This document shows positions 8,992 through 17,567 of a stretch of 63,845 nucleotides of DNA, piece after piece. Within the stretch, counting starts at the first letter, position 1. Each line of letters begins with the position of its first letter. The position numbers and the translations under genes were made by a program. This DNA comes from Elusimicrobia bacterium ADurb.Bin231. Its GTDB lineage: Bacteria > Elusimicrobiota > UBA8919 > MWCF01. Below the pieces are notes generated by a model. The model was given only the letters and a program-made list of their open reading frames with translations, ran no database searches and was not told where the DNA came from. Location of the stretch: NCBI GenBank assembly GCA_002069855.1, contig MWCF01000114.1, positions 1 through 63,845 on the forward strand. The letters are read 5' to 3'.

Positions 8992-10039
8992 TTTTGAAAA
9001 AACATGGCGCGGCGGACAGCAGCAGCTTTATTGGCTTGTTGAGGGTCTTGATAAGAAAGGGCACGAAAATTTTGTCGTGTGCGCTCCGGCCGGCAGGTTG
9101 AGCCAAAAACTTTCCTCCGCCAACTTGAAGTTTTTCGAAGTAGGCATGCTGTTTGAACTGGATCCTTTGGCAATCTTTAAAACCAGGGCAATAATAGACA
9201 AAGTAAAACCGGATATACTTCATCTCCATTCGGCGCATGCTCATTTTATCGGGCTTGCCGCTGCGATGTTTTCCAGACACAAACCCAAACTGGTTTCTTC
9301 AAGGCGTGTGGATTTTCATATAAAAAGTTTGTGGAAATATAAAAATGCGGATAGAATAATCGCTATATCTTTAGGAGTGAAAAGAGTTTTATTGTCGGAC
9401 GGCATACCGGATGATAAAATATCCGTGGTTTATTCTGGCGTGGATCTGTCAAGATTTTCAAACACACAAGGGGAATACCTGTATAACGAATTTGGCATAG
9501 ACAGAAACAGTCGCGTTGTTGGGATAGTGGCGTCTTTGGCTCCTCATAAGGATCATAAAACCTTTCTTCGCGCAGCCGCAATAATTTCTAAAAAACTTCC
9601 GGGTACCAGATTTTTGATTGTTGGAGATGGCAATCTAAAGAGCGATTTGATAAAATATGCTGCGTCTCTGGGAATATCCGATTCCGTTATTTTTACCGGG
9701 TTCAGGCAGGATGTTCCGCAGATTCTTAGGATATTCGATGTTTTTATTTTATCTTCGTATCTTGAAGGACTTTGTACGTCTGTAATTGATGCTATGACTT
9801 CCGGCGTGCCTGTAGTCGCTACGGATGTCGGCGGAGTCGGGGAATTGGTAAAGAACGGATTTAACGGTTTTCTTGTTCCTCCAGGCAAACCCGAACTTCT
9901 CGCGGAAAGGGCATGCGAGATATTAAAGGATGAAGATATGCGTTTGAAATTTTCTCAAAACGCTAAAATTCATTCGGCTGATTTTTCAAAAGAAAAAATG
10001 ATAGAAGGAACTGAAAAAGTTTATACAAATTTATTATGA
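8963..10039 (+). CDS. glycosyltransferase family 4 (GT-B)
   Basis: ATG 8963 (MKRLRVIHID...) rather than the ORF-track 8876. 'SLAPHKDHKTFL' and 'EGLCTSVIDAMTSGVPVVATDVGGVGELV' present. Confidence 0.8.
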   Translation: MKRLRVIHIDFEKTWRGGQQQLYWLVEGLDKKGHENFVVCAPAGRLSQKLSSANLKFFEVGMLFELDPLAIFKTRAIIDKVKPDILHLHSAHAHFIGLAAAMFSRHKPKLVSSRRVDFHIKSLWKYKNADRIIAISLGVKRVLLSDGIPDDKISVVYSGVDLSRFSNTQGEYLYNEFGIDRNSRVVGIVASLAPHKDHKTFLRAAAIISKKLPGTRFLIVGDGNLKSDLIKYAASLGISDSVIFTGFRQDVPQILRIFDVFILSSYLEGLCTSVIDAMTSGVPVVATDVGGVGELVKNGFNGFLVPPGKPELLAERACEILKDEDMRLKFSQNAKIHSADFSKEKMIEGTEKVYTNLL

Positions 10040-10797
10040 TTTCAATTTCAATAATAGGATATAATGAGGAAAGAAATATCGGGAGATGTCTTGAAAGCTG
10101 CTCTTGGGCGGACGAGATAGTGTTCTCTGATTGCGGCTCCATTGATAAAACAGTGGAAATAGCGTCGAAATTCGCGGACAAAATTTTGTACAGGCCGAAT
10201 AATCCCAATCTGAACGTGAACAAACAGTTTAGCATAGATAATTGTTCCGGAGATTGGATTTTATATATTGATCCCGATGAAGTTATAACTGAAGAACTCA
10301 AGAATGAAATACTGTCTGTTATCAAATCCGATAACCGTCTTGCTTCCGGATACCTTATCCCGAGGAAAAATTATTATTTTGACAAATTCTTGCGTTTCGG
10401 AGGAAAATATCCGGATTACCAACTGCGGCTTTTTAGGAAAGGTGCCGGCAGATTTCAATGCAAAAGCGTTCATGAGCGCATAGCCATATCCGGAATAATA
10501 AAAAAACTTAAATCTCCGATATCGCATTATCCTTATATAAATGTCGCGGATATGATGAATAAATCTGATTTTTATACTTTCATGAAGGCGGAAAAAATGT
10601 TCATCGAGCGGCGTTCCCCGCGTTTTATTCTTTTGCGTCCGGCATTCAAATTCATCAAAAACTATATATTAAAAATGGGATTTTTAGACGGTTATACTGG
10701 GTTGGTGACCTGTCTTATGGACGCACATAACGAATTTATCACTATGTTGAAATTAAAGGAGATGTATAATGAAAAAAAGTTCCTCTTCAAAAATTAA
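10036..10797 (+). CDS. glycosyltransferase family 2
   Basis: 'ISISIIGYNEERNIGRCLES' and 'WILYIDPDE' (DxD-type) motifs. ATGA overlap with the upstream GT4 gene. Confidence 0.8.
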   Translation: MISISIIGYNEERNIGRCLESCSWADEIVFSDCGSIDKTVEIASKFADKILYRPNNPNLNVNKQFSIDNCSGDWILYIDPDEVITEELKNEILSVIKSDNRLASGYLIPRKNYYFDKFLRFGGKYPDYQLRLFRKGAGRFQCKSVHERIAISGIIKKLKSPISHYPYINVADMMNKSDFYTFMKAEKMFIERRSPRFILLRPAFKFIKNYILKMGFLDGYTGLVTCLMDAHNEFITMLKLKEMYNEKKFLFKN

Positions 10798-11041
10798 ACG
10801 GCGTGTAAAAATTGAGGCAAAGAAAGATTTAGGCAGATTGGTTTGCGAGCTGTCGGGTGTTAATATAACTTTATGGCATGAGGAAGATAAAGCCCGCCTT
10901 CCGGATAAGGATATTGTTTTTCAAGCGAAGAGAAATATAGACAAACTGAATCAGAAACGGAATGATTTGATAGAATTAATCGATGAAACTGTGCTGGAGG
11001 CGCTTAGATATGGCAGAAACAGTAGGAAGCATAATAGATAA
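10769..11041 (+). CDS. DUF4254-like protein, N-terminal half (split or frameshifted gene)
   Basis: 'NITLWHEEDKAR...KRNIDKLNQKRNDLIELID' matches my recollection of the DUF4254 N-terminal region. The frame ends at TAA 11039-11041. Confidence 0.5.
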   Translation: MKKSSSSKIKRRVKIEAKKDLGRLVCELSGVNITLWHEEDKARLPDKDIVFQAKRNIDKLNQKRNDLIELIDETVLEALRYGRNSRKHNR

Positions 11042-11291
11042 GATAAGCATTATTGAACTTAAGATCTTTCATATGTCGGAACAAACTCAAAGGCAAGACG
11101 CCTCGTCCGCGCATATAAAGGAATCTTTAGGAAAAATAAAAATAATGGAGATTCAGAAAAAGGATCTTGCCTGCGAACTTTCTTTGTTGATGAAGAACCT
11201 TGCAGCAGGAAAAGCGAAACTGAAATTGTACAGGCAGTTTAAGATGTATAATGACCCGAAGTACAGGGTTCGCGCCGGTAAAAAAAGATAA
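11010..11291 (+). CDS. DUF4254-like protein, C-terminal half (split or frameshifted gene)
   Basis: 'AETVGSIIDKISIIELKIFHM' carries the LKI motif, and 'YRQFKMYND' is present. ATG 11010 lies 10 nt after GGAGG (10995-10999). The ORF track starts it at 10983. Confidence 0.5.
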   Translation: MAETVGSIIDKISIIELKIFHMSEQTQRQDASSAHIKESLGKIKIMEIQKKDLACELSLLMKNLAAGKAKLKLYRQFKMYNDPKYRVRAGKKR

Positions 11292-11336
11292 TTTCATAGC
11301 CGGCTGCCTAGGTAAATCTTTCAAGCGAAACGATAA

Positions 11337-12284
11337 ATGGAAAAAAATATTTTGATTATTGTTTTGAAATCTGTGGGGGATGTTTTGGTGACTACCCCGC
11401 TTGCGCGTGCGTTTAAGAAAAATCTTTCAGGAAGCAGAGTGTATTTTTTAACTGGTCATGCCTCGGAAAAGATATTGAGGCATAATCCGTATCTTGATGG
11501 CGTGATTGTTGCGGGTCCGGGAGCCATATCCAAGCTCAAACGAATTAAATTTGAGATTTCAGTGGATTTTATGAATTCAGCAGTTTCGGGTTATTATTCT
11601 CTTTTTTCAGGCGCTAAAAAACGCATTGCTTTTTATAGGCCCTGGGGATTTTGGTGTTATAATTCTATGATTCCAAGATCGGATTGCGGTTATTCCGCCA
11701 AAGACAGGTTGCAGGTTTTGAATGCTCTCAATATTGATGCGGACGGCATAGGATTGGATCTCTGTTTCTCCTATAAGGAACAAAAAGCTGCGGAAAATTT
11801 TTTTATCAAAAACAATATTGCGCGGGATGATTTGACAATTACTTTGGACATTACCAATAAAAGGAAATACAGACAGTGGGACGGAGAAAAATTTTGCAGA
11901 TTCGCAGATTTGTGCGCCGAAAAATTGAAGGCAAAAGTAATTTTTCTCTGGGGGCCAGGAGAATACGATTATGTTAATGGATGTATGACAAAATGTTCTC
12001 ACAGGCATTTTTTATGTGATAATTTTGATTTACTTGAACTTGCTGCTCTGATAAAAAATTGTAAGGCGCATGTCGGAACTTCCTCTGCTCCAGGACATAT
12101 AGCAGTTAGCCAGAATATTCCGTCATTTACGATTTATTGCCAGAGAACGAATCCGTGGAATTGGACTCCGCCGGATATTACGCAACACAGGTACATACAG
12201 GGGGATTTTAACAGGTTATCCGCAGACGAGGTGTTTTCCAAGTTTCGCGTTTTTCTGGCGGATATTGAAAGATGCCATTTGTAA
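11337..12284 (+). CDS. glycosyltransferase family 9 (heptosyltransferase-like)
   Basis: 'ILIIVLKSVGDVLVTTPLARAFK' N-terminus and C-terminal 'HVGTSSAPGHIA' in place of the TxDSGxxH motif. Confidence 0.75.
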   Translation: MEKNILIIVLKSVGDVLVTTPLARAFKKNLSGSRVYFLTGHASEKILRHNPYLDGVIVAGPGAISKLKRIKFEISVDFMNSAVSGYYSLFSGAKKRIAFYRPWGFWCYNSMIPRSDCGYSAKDRLQVLNALNIDADGIGLDLCFSYKEQKAAENFFIKNNIARDDLTITLDITNKRKYRQWDGEKFCRFADLCAEKLKAKVIFLWGPGEYDYVNGCMTKCSHRHFLCDNFDLLELAALIKNCKAHVGTSSAPGHIAVSQNIPSFTIYCQRTNPWNWTPPDITQHRYIQGDFNRLSADEVFSKFRVFLADIERCHL

Positions 12285-12391
12285 AATTAACGATGCCTGA
12301 TTATTAAGTTATATCTGTTGCGATGCGCAAATGTCTGTTTTAAATTCCGGAAAAATTTAGTGTATAAAAAAGTATTAGAAAGAAGATAATT

Positions 12392-13405
12392 ATGAAACCC
12401 AATAAGATTTTATATCCGTTTACTCTTTTTTATTTTATTTTATTTTCGATTTCGCAGAAGCTACGGCTTTTCAAGCGAAAGAAAATGCCTTGCAGAGTAA
12501 TATCTATAGGCAATATTACTGCGGGTGGCACTGGGAAGACTCCCCTTGTCATTTATATATCCAGGTTTTTAAAAGATGCAGGCAGAAATGTATGTGTGCT
12601 TTCGCGCGGCTATAAAAGAAAAAGATCCAGTTCCACTCTGGTGGTTGTTAACAACGGAGAGCGACTTGTTGCCGGCAGGAAAATTTCAGGGGACGAACCG
12701 TATCTTGTAGCGCGAACATTACGAAATGTTCCGGTCGTTGTATGCGGGAACCGCAAAAATGCAGGGTATTACGCAATAAACAAGTTCAGCGCAGATACTT
12801 TGCTTTTAGACGACGGATTCCAATATGTTGGTTTACAAAGGGATTTGGATATTGTATGCGTAAATGCGTTAAATCCGTTCGGCTGCGGGATGCTTATTCC
12901 CGCCGGATACCTGAGAGAACCGCTTAAAAATCTCTCCAGAGCGGATATTTTCATTATAACAAGAACGGATAGAGTTCCCAAAGAAAAAATCAAAGAAATA
13001 GAAACCGTTATATCGAAGTATAAAAAAGATCCCAAAATCTTTCATTCGTATTTTTCAAAAAAGGTGTTTTGCCGCGAAACTGAAATAGATCTCGCTTCTC
13101 TGAAGAATCAAAGAATTATTGCCATTTCCGGGATTGCAATGCCCGAGGATTTTGAAGCTATTATTGCGGATTTGGGAATAAACTTATTGTCTCATATAAA
13201 ATATCCGGATCATTATTTCTTTAAAGACAGAGATATAAAAAAGTTTCTTCACGATGCTGCTGAATTTCAGGCAACTGTTCTTACTACTTCCAAGGACGCG
13301 AGCCGGCTGCCCGAGGAATTCCCGTGTTATGTGTTGGATGTAAAATCTGAAATAATTGAGAAAAAAGAATTTGAATATATGTTGCTGAAGGAGGGGGCTT
13401 GTTAA
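12392..13405 (+). CDS. lpxK: tetraacyldisaccharide 4'-kinase
   Basis: 'ISIGNITAGGTGKTPLV' P-loop, 'LSRGYKRK' and 'LLDDGFQ'. Confidence 0.85.
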   Translation: MKPNKILYPFTLFYFILFSISQKLRLFKRKKMPCRVISIGNITAGGTGKTPLVIYISRFLKDAGRNVCVLSRGYKRKRSSSTLVVVNNGERLVAGRKISGDEPYLVARTLRNVPVVVCGNRKNAGYYAINKFSADTLLLDDGFQYVGLQRDLDIVCVNALNPFGCGMLIPAGYLREPLKNLSRADIFIITRTDRVPKEKIKEIETVISKYKKDPKIFHSYFSKKVFCRETEIDLASLKNQRIIAISGIAMPEDFEAIIADLGINLLSHIKYPDHYFFKDRDIKKFLHDAAEFQATVLTTSKDASRLPEEFPCYVLDVKSEIIEKKEFEYMLLKEGAC

Positions 13406-15087
13406 GAATAATAAATGACGTTTTATATTACGGTCTTTTTGTGCTGGCTGCCGCGATGCCTATTTCAATAGCGGCTACAAATATAGTTTGGATTCTTTTG
13501 TTTCTTGTATGGATTGCAAAATTGTTGTTGATTAAGGATAGACGCGCGTTCGTTTCGCCTGTAACTTTGCCGCTTGCGGTTTTTTTCTGTTCCACTTTAT
13601 TTTCTGCGCTTTTGGGCTTGAATGTATCAAGAAGTTTTTCGTCGTTGAACAGCGAACTTCTGTTTTTAATATTTTTTTTGGTATCAGCCAATATAAGAGA
13701 TATTAATCATGCGAAGCAAATTCTGTTTGTGTTTATCGCTTCCAGCGCCTTAATGGGAGTGCTCGCGATATTGCAGTTTTCTTTCAATATATCATCTTAC
13801 GGCTGGCTTTCTCTTATAGACGGCCGCGCACATGGTACGCGTTCTTGGTCGCAGACATACGCCGAAGGTCTGCTTATCGCATTGCCTGTATGTTTGTACG
13901 CATTTCTTTTTTGTAAGACAAAAAGGATATTTCTTTATATCTTTTCTTCATTGATATTTGCAGGAATAATACTAAGTTATGTGAGGATGGTCTGGATAAC
14001 ATGTATATTTCTTATATCCGTTATTTTAATTTCGGAAGCCAGGCAGCTGAAAAAGGTTTTATTGACTTTTGCCGGAATTTTGATCGTTTTTGTGGCTGTT
14101 ACCGCTTTCTTGCTGCCGAATCGCATCAATATCCTCAAAAGGGCAAGGAATATGACGGAACCGGTCAGGATAAATATGTGGAAAGCATCCGTTGAAATTT
14201 TTAAGGATTATCCGATTTTCGGCGTAGGCAAAAAAAATATAAAAGGCATATTTTCTTATAAGTATAAAAAGTTGAATCTTCCTTCTCAATATTTTATGCT
14301 TTCCCATCTGCATAATAATTTTATCCACCTGCTTGTGGAGAGGGGCATTGTCGGCTTGCTTTCTTTTTTGTATCTCGTTTTTGCGATATTTTATTTTGCG
14401 ATTAAACGTATTCGTAAATCTACCAGGGACGAAAAATTTATTATAACTGGCTGCCTGTTTGCGTTTTTCGGATTTTTGATTTCAGGGTTGACTGAATATT
14501 CATACGGGGATTCCGAGATCCAAATGATAATTTGGCTTATTGCGGGGATTATGTTTCATAAGAAGAAGGCTGTGTTCCTTGACAGAGACGGGACTATAAA
14601 TGACGACATGCATTATTCCGCGGATATAGATAAACTCAAGATATTCCCCACCTCCGCCTCCGCGATACGTATGTTAAATGATTCCGGGTTCAGAGTAATT
14701 ATAACTACAAATCAGTCGGGTATAGCGCGCGGCAGGTTTAGCCGCGAATCCCTGGATAAACTTAACGAAGAAGTCATTCGTCGTTTAAAAGAAGAGCATG
14801 CGGTTATCGACGGTGTTTATGTTTGTCCGCATCATCCGGATGAACATTGTAAATGTCGCAAGCCGGGTATCGGGATGTTATTAAAGGCGGAAAAAGAATT
14901 TGACATCAATATTAGCGCTTCGTTTGTTGTGGGAGATATGAAAACGGATATACAATTGGCGAAAAATGCCGGATGCCGCGGAGTGTTTGTGCTTTCCGGC
15001 GCGGAAAAAACTCCTCCTGTCGTGGCGGATTATGTGGCATCGGATATATTGGAAGCGGCAAAATGGATAGCCGCGCAAAAGGGGTAA
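13399..15087 (+). CDS. fusion protein: O-antigen ligase/polymerase-like membrane domain + D,D-heptose 1,7-bisphosphate phosphatase (GmhB) domain
   Basis: About 385 aa of polytopic Wzy_C-like sequence ('SYVRMVWI', 'HLHNNFIHLLVERG'). From about nt 14563 come 'AVFLDRDGTINDD', 'TTNQSGIARG', 'CPHHPDEHCKCRKP' and 'VGDMKTDIQLAKNAG', which are the HAD motifs I-III plus the GmhB zinc loop. TTG start follows GGAGGGGG. Confidence 0.8.
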   Translation: MLRIINDVLYYGLFVLAAAMPISIAATNIVWILLFLVWIAKLLLIKDRRAFVSPVTLPLAVFFCSTLFSALLGLNVSRSFSSLNSELLFLIFFLVSANIRDINHAKQILFVFIASSALMGVLAILQFSFNISSYGWLSLIDGRAHGTRSWSQTYAEGLLIALPVCLYAFLFCKTKRIFLYIFSSLIFAGIILSYVRMVWITCIFLISVILISEARQLKKVLLTFAGILIVFVAVTAFLLPNRINILKRARNMTEPVRINMWKASVEIFKDYPIFGVGKKNIKGIFSYKYKKLNLPSQYFMLSHLHNNFIHLLVERGIVGLLSFLYLVFAIFYFAIKRIRKSTRDEKFIITGCLFAFFGFLISGLTEYSYGDSEIQMIIWLIAGIMFHKKKAVFLDRDGTINDDMHYSADIDKLKIFPTSASAIRMLNDSGFRVIITTNQSGIARGRFSRESLDKLNEEVIRRLKEEHAVIDGVYVCPHHPDEHCKCRKPGIGMLLKAEKEFDINISASFVVGDMKTDIQLAKNAGCRGVFVLSGAEKTPPVVADYVASDILEAAKWIAAQKG

Positions 15088-15091
15088 TTTT

Positions 15092-15829
15092 ATGTTAGAT
15101 AAGTTAAGAAACCGTGCAGTGTCAGCGTTAATATTTCTTTTTCTCGGCTCTGTGCCGTATTTGTTTTGCTGCCCGAAAAAACTTGATGTGCCGGAAAGAT
15201 TGGTGTACAATGTTTCGTGGAAATTTCTCAAGGTCGGTTACGGGACTTTAGAGGTAATTGGCTTAACTGAATTTAACGCGACAAAAGCCTATCATATACA
15301 TTCGACTGCCCGTTCGAGTTCTTTTTTTGACAATTTTTTCAAGGTAAGGGATAGTAATGATTCGTATATAGATGCGGAATATTTTCGTTCTCTGTGTTTC
15401 AAACAGCAGATACGGGAAGGCCGTTATAAAAGGGACAAAAACATCGTTTTTGATCATTCGAACATGACTGCGACAAACCATAAAAACGAGATTTTTCCAA
15501 TTCCGGAAAACGCACTGGATGTGCTCGCTGCGCTTTACTGGATAAGAGAACAAAATCTAACGACAGGGGTTTCTTTTCATATTCCGGTCAATTCCGGTAA
15601 AAAAAGTTTTAATATGGAAGTGCGCATCACAGGAAAGGAAAAGATTAAAATCAGCGGGAAAAAATATTCCACTATTATAGTAGAACCCATGCTGGAAGAT
15701 GCAGGCATATTTTTAAGTAAAGGTTATTTGAAGATATGGATGACCGACGACGACGCACATATACCGGTTAAAATGCAATCCGAAATCGCTGTGGGATCCA
15801 TAGTGGCTGAACTGGATACTGAAAAATGA
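15092..15829 (+). CDS. DUF3108 domain protein
   Basis: 'LVYNVSWKFLKVGYGTLEV' and 'DVLAALYWIR' resemble DUF3108 family signatures. N-terminal signal anchor present. Confidence 0.6.
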   Translation: MLDKLRNRAVSALIFLFLGSVPYLFCCPKKLDVPERLVYNVSWKFLKVGYGTLEVIGLTEFNATKAYHIHSTARSSSFFDNFFKVRDSNDSYIDAEYFRSLCFKQQIREGRYKRDKNIVFDHSNMTATNHKNEIFPIPENALDVLAALYWIREQNLTTGVSFHIPVNSGKKSFNMEVRITGKEKIKISGKKYSTIIVEPMLEDAGIFLSKGYLKIWMTDDDAHIPVKMQSEIAVGSIVAELDTEK

Positions 15830-16791
15830 AAAAAAGAATAATTATAGGTGTAGGAATAAGCGTATTTTTTATTTATTTCGTGGTAAGAAACACCGATTGC
15901 CGAAATATTGTTTCAATAATTTCCACAGGCAGTTATTGGTGGGTAATGCCGGCAATAATCGGATATACCTTGTCTTTTGTGTTTCGCGCATTCCGGTGGA
16001 AATATCTCTTCGCCCCTGTTAAAACATTTTCTCCCAAAAATTTGTTTCCGTCTCTTATAATGGGTTTTGCCGCGAACAGTATATTTCCTATGAGATTCGG
16101 TGAAATCATGCGGGCATATATTGTTGGCAAGAAATACGGCATATCCAAAAGCTCCGCATTCGCAACGATAGTGCTTGAAAGAATTATGGACGGTATAAGC
16201 GTTATACTTTTATTTCTCCTTATAATGCCCTTTCTGCCTGCTTTACCTTCGTGGACAAGAACGCTTCTTTCGATTGCCATAATATTTTTTATCGGAGCCC
16301 TTATCTCTGCCTCCGTGATGATATTAAAAAAAGATTATGTCAAGTTTCTGCGCAGGATACCTTTTATTAAAGATACATGGAAAGAAAAGATAGTGTCGAA
16401 GGCTTCGTCTTTTATTATCGGTTTGGGCACAATAGCAGATAAAAAGAATTTTTCCATGGCGATTTTTTATTCATTTATCGTATGGATTTTTGAGACATTA
16501 AACTTATTTTTTCTCATAAAAGTGGTCGGTATAAACGTTTCTTTACCTGTGGCTGTTTTTATTCTTTTTGTTGTAGCCATAGGAGTAAGCATACCGGCAG
16601 CGCCGAGTTCTATAGGCACTTTCGAGTTTTTTCTTGTGGGCGGAATGGTTTTCTTCGGAATAGCGAAAGAGCAGGCCTTGGCAGCCGGTCTTATAGTGCA
16701 TGTTATAGGAGTGGTATATATATTATTGCTCGGACTTTACTATTTTTTGAAAGAGGGAATATCATACAAAGAAATTACCGCCGGACAATAG
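15826..16791 (+). CDS. UPF0104 / lysyl-phosphatidylglycerol-synthase-TM-like flippase-type membrane protein
   Basis: Polytopic protein. 'LSFVFRAFRWKYLF' and 'FAANSIFPMRFGEIMRAY' match the LPG_synthase_TM pattern. ATGA overlap with the DUF3108 gene. Confidence 0.7.
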   Translation: MKKRIIIGVGISVFFIYFVVRNTDCRNIVSIISTGSYWWVMPAIIGYTLSFVFRAFRWKYLFAPVKTFSPKNLFPSLIMGFAANSIFPMRFGEIMRAYIVGKKYGISKSSAFATIVLERIMDGISVILLFLLIMPFLPALPSWTRTLLSIAIIFFIGALISASVMILKKDYVKFLRRIPFIKDTWKEKIVSKASSFIIGLGTIADKKNFSMAIFYSFIVWIFETLNLFFLIKVVGINVSLPVAVFILFVVAIGVSIPAAPSSIGTFEFFLVGGMVFFGIAKEQALAAGLIVHVIGVVYILLLGLYYFLKEGISYKEITAGQ

Positions 16792-16886
16792 ACGCTGTCT
16801 CATTTGACGGCGCCGCTGAATTTTCCGGCGCGGGCAGTATTCATTCTGTTTTCAAAAATGCAGCTAACATTAAAACCCCGCGCGGA

Positions 16887-17567
16887 TTGGTTGTGCTCGC
16901 TGATAAAAAATATTGCAACGGCCCGCACAGAATTCTTACGGATTCGATTGGTTTTACAGATTTTTTTCTCCCGGGTGAAAAGGCGGTATTAAGCAATAAA
17001 AAAATATATTTTTCTTCGGGTGCGGAAATAAATCTGAAGAATGCGTATTCATGGCGGCTGAAAATTCCCAAGGTATTTAAAAAAAAGGTTGATTTAACCT
17101 GTATAAGTAATGCCTTGAAAGGGTATTCGTTCGTGAAACCTGAATTAGCGGAGAATCTTAAACTTGCTTTCATCAGAAAAGACATACCTGCGTTTTCCAG
17201 AATCACGGATTCTATTATCGGTCTCGGGCCAGGTCTTACACCGTCAGGTGATGATATTCTTTGCGGGTTTATATCCGTTTTCCATTTTTTGAAATATGAA
17301 AGATTATTTGATTTTTTTTTGAAAAAAGTTAAAATAAAATATAATAAGACAAATTTTATCAGCGCCCAATACTTGAAATGGGCTGTTGACGGCAAAATCT
17401 GCGAAAATGTCGCGAACGCAATATATTGCACGGCAGCCGGATGTGAAGATGCGAAGTATTGGATTAATCATGTTTCCGGCATAGGTGCCACTTCCGGCAA
17501 AGACACTCTTTTCGGCATATTGACTGCTATGGAGGTATACAATGTTATCAAATCTGGTGAAAAATAA
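16887..17567 (+). CDS. DUF2877 protein (AllH / YlbF-like); the true 5' end is probably further upstream
   Basis: 'GLGPGLTPSGDDILCGF' and C-terminal 'IGATSGKDTLFG' motifs. The same frame is open upstream and encodes 'GSIHSVFKNAANIKTPRGL', but has no ATG/GTG/TTG between 16791 and 16887. Confidence 0.7.
   Translation: MVVLADKKYCNGPHRILTDSIGFTDFFLPGEKAVLSNKKIYFSSGAEINLKNAYSWRLKIPKVFKKKVDLTCISNALKGYSFVKPELAENLKLAFIRKDIPAFSRITDSIIGLGPGLTPSGDDILCGFISVFHFLKYERLFDFFLKKVKIKYNKTNFISAQYLKWAVDGKICENVANAIYCTAAGCEDAKYWINHVSGIGATSGKDTLFGILTAMEVYNVIKSGEK

Noticed and set aside
16841-17431. A 196-aa minus-strand ORF, and the 62-aa + ORF at 16804-16992, both overlapping the DUF2877 gene.
   Set aside because: The + frame at 16887 (and its upstream extension) carries the diagnostic 'GLGPGLTPSGDDILCG' and YlbF-like N-terminal similarity. 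The competing frames have no recognisable features.
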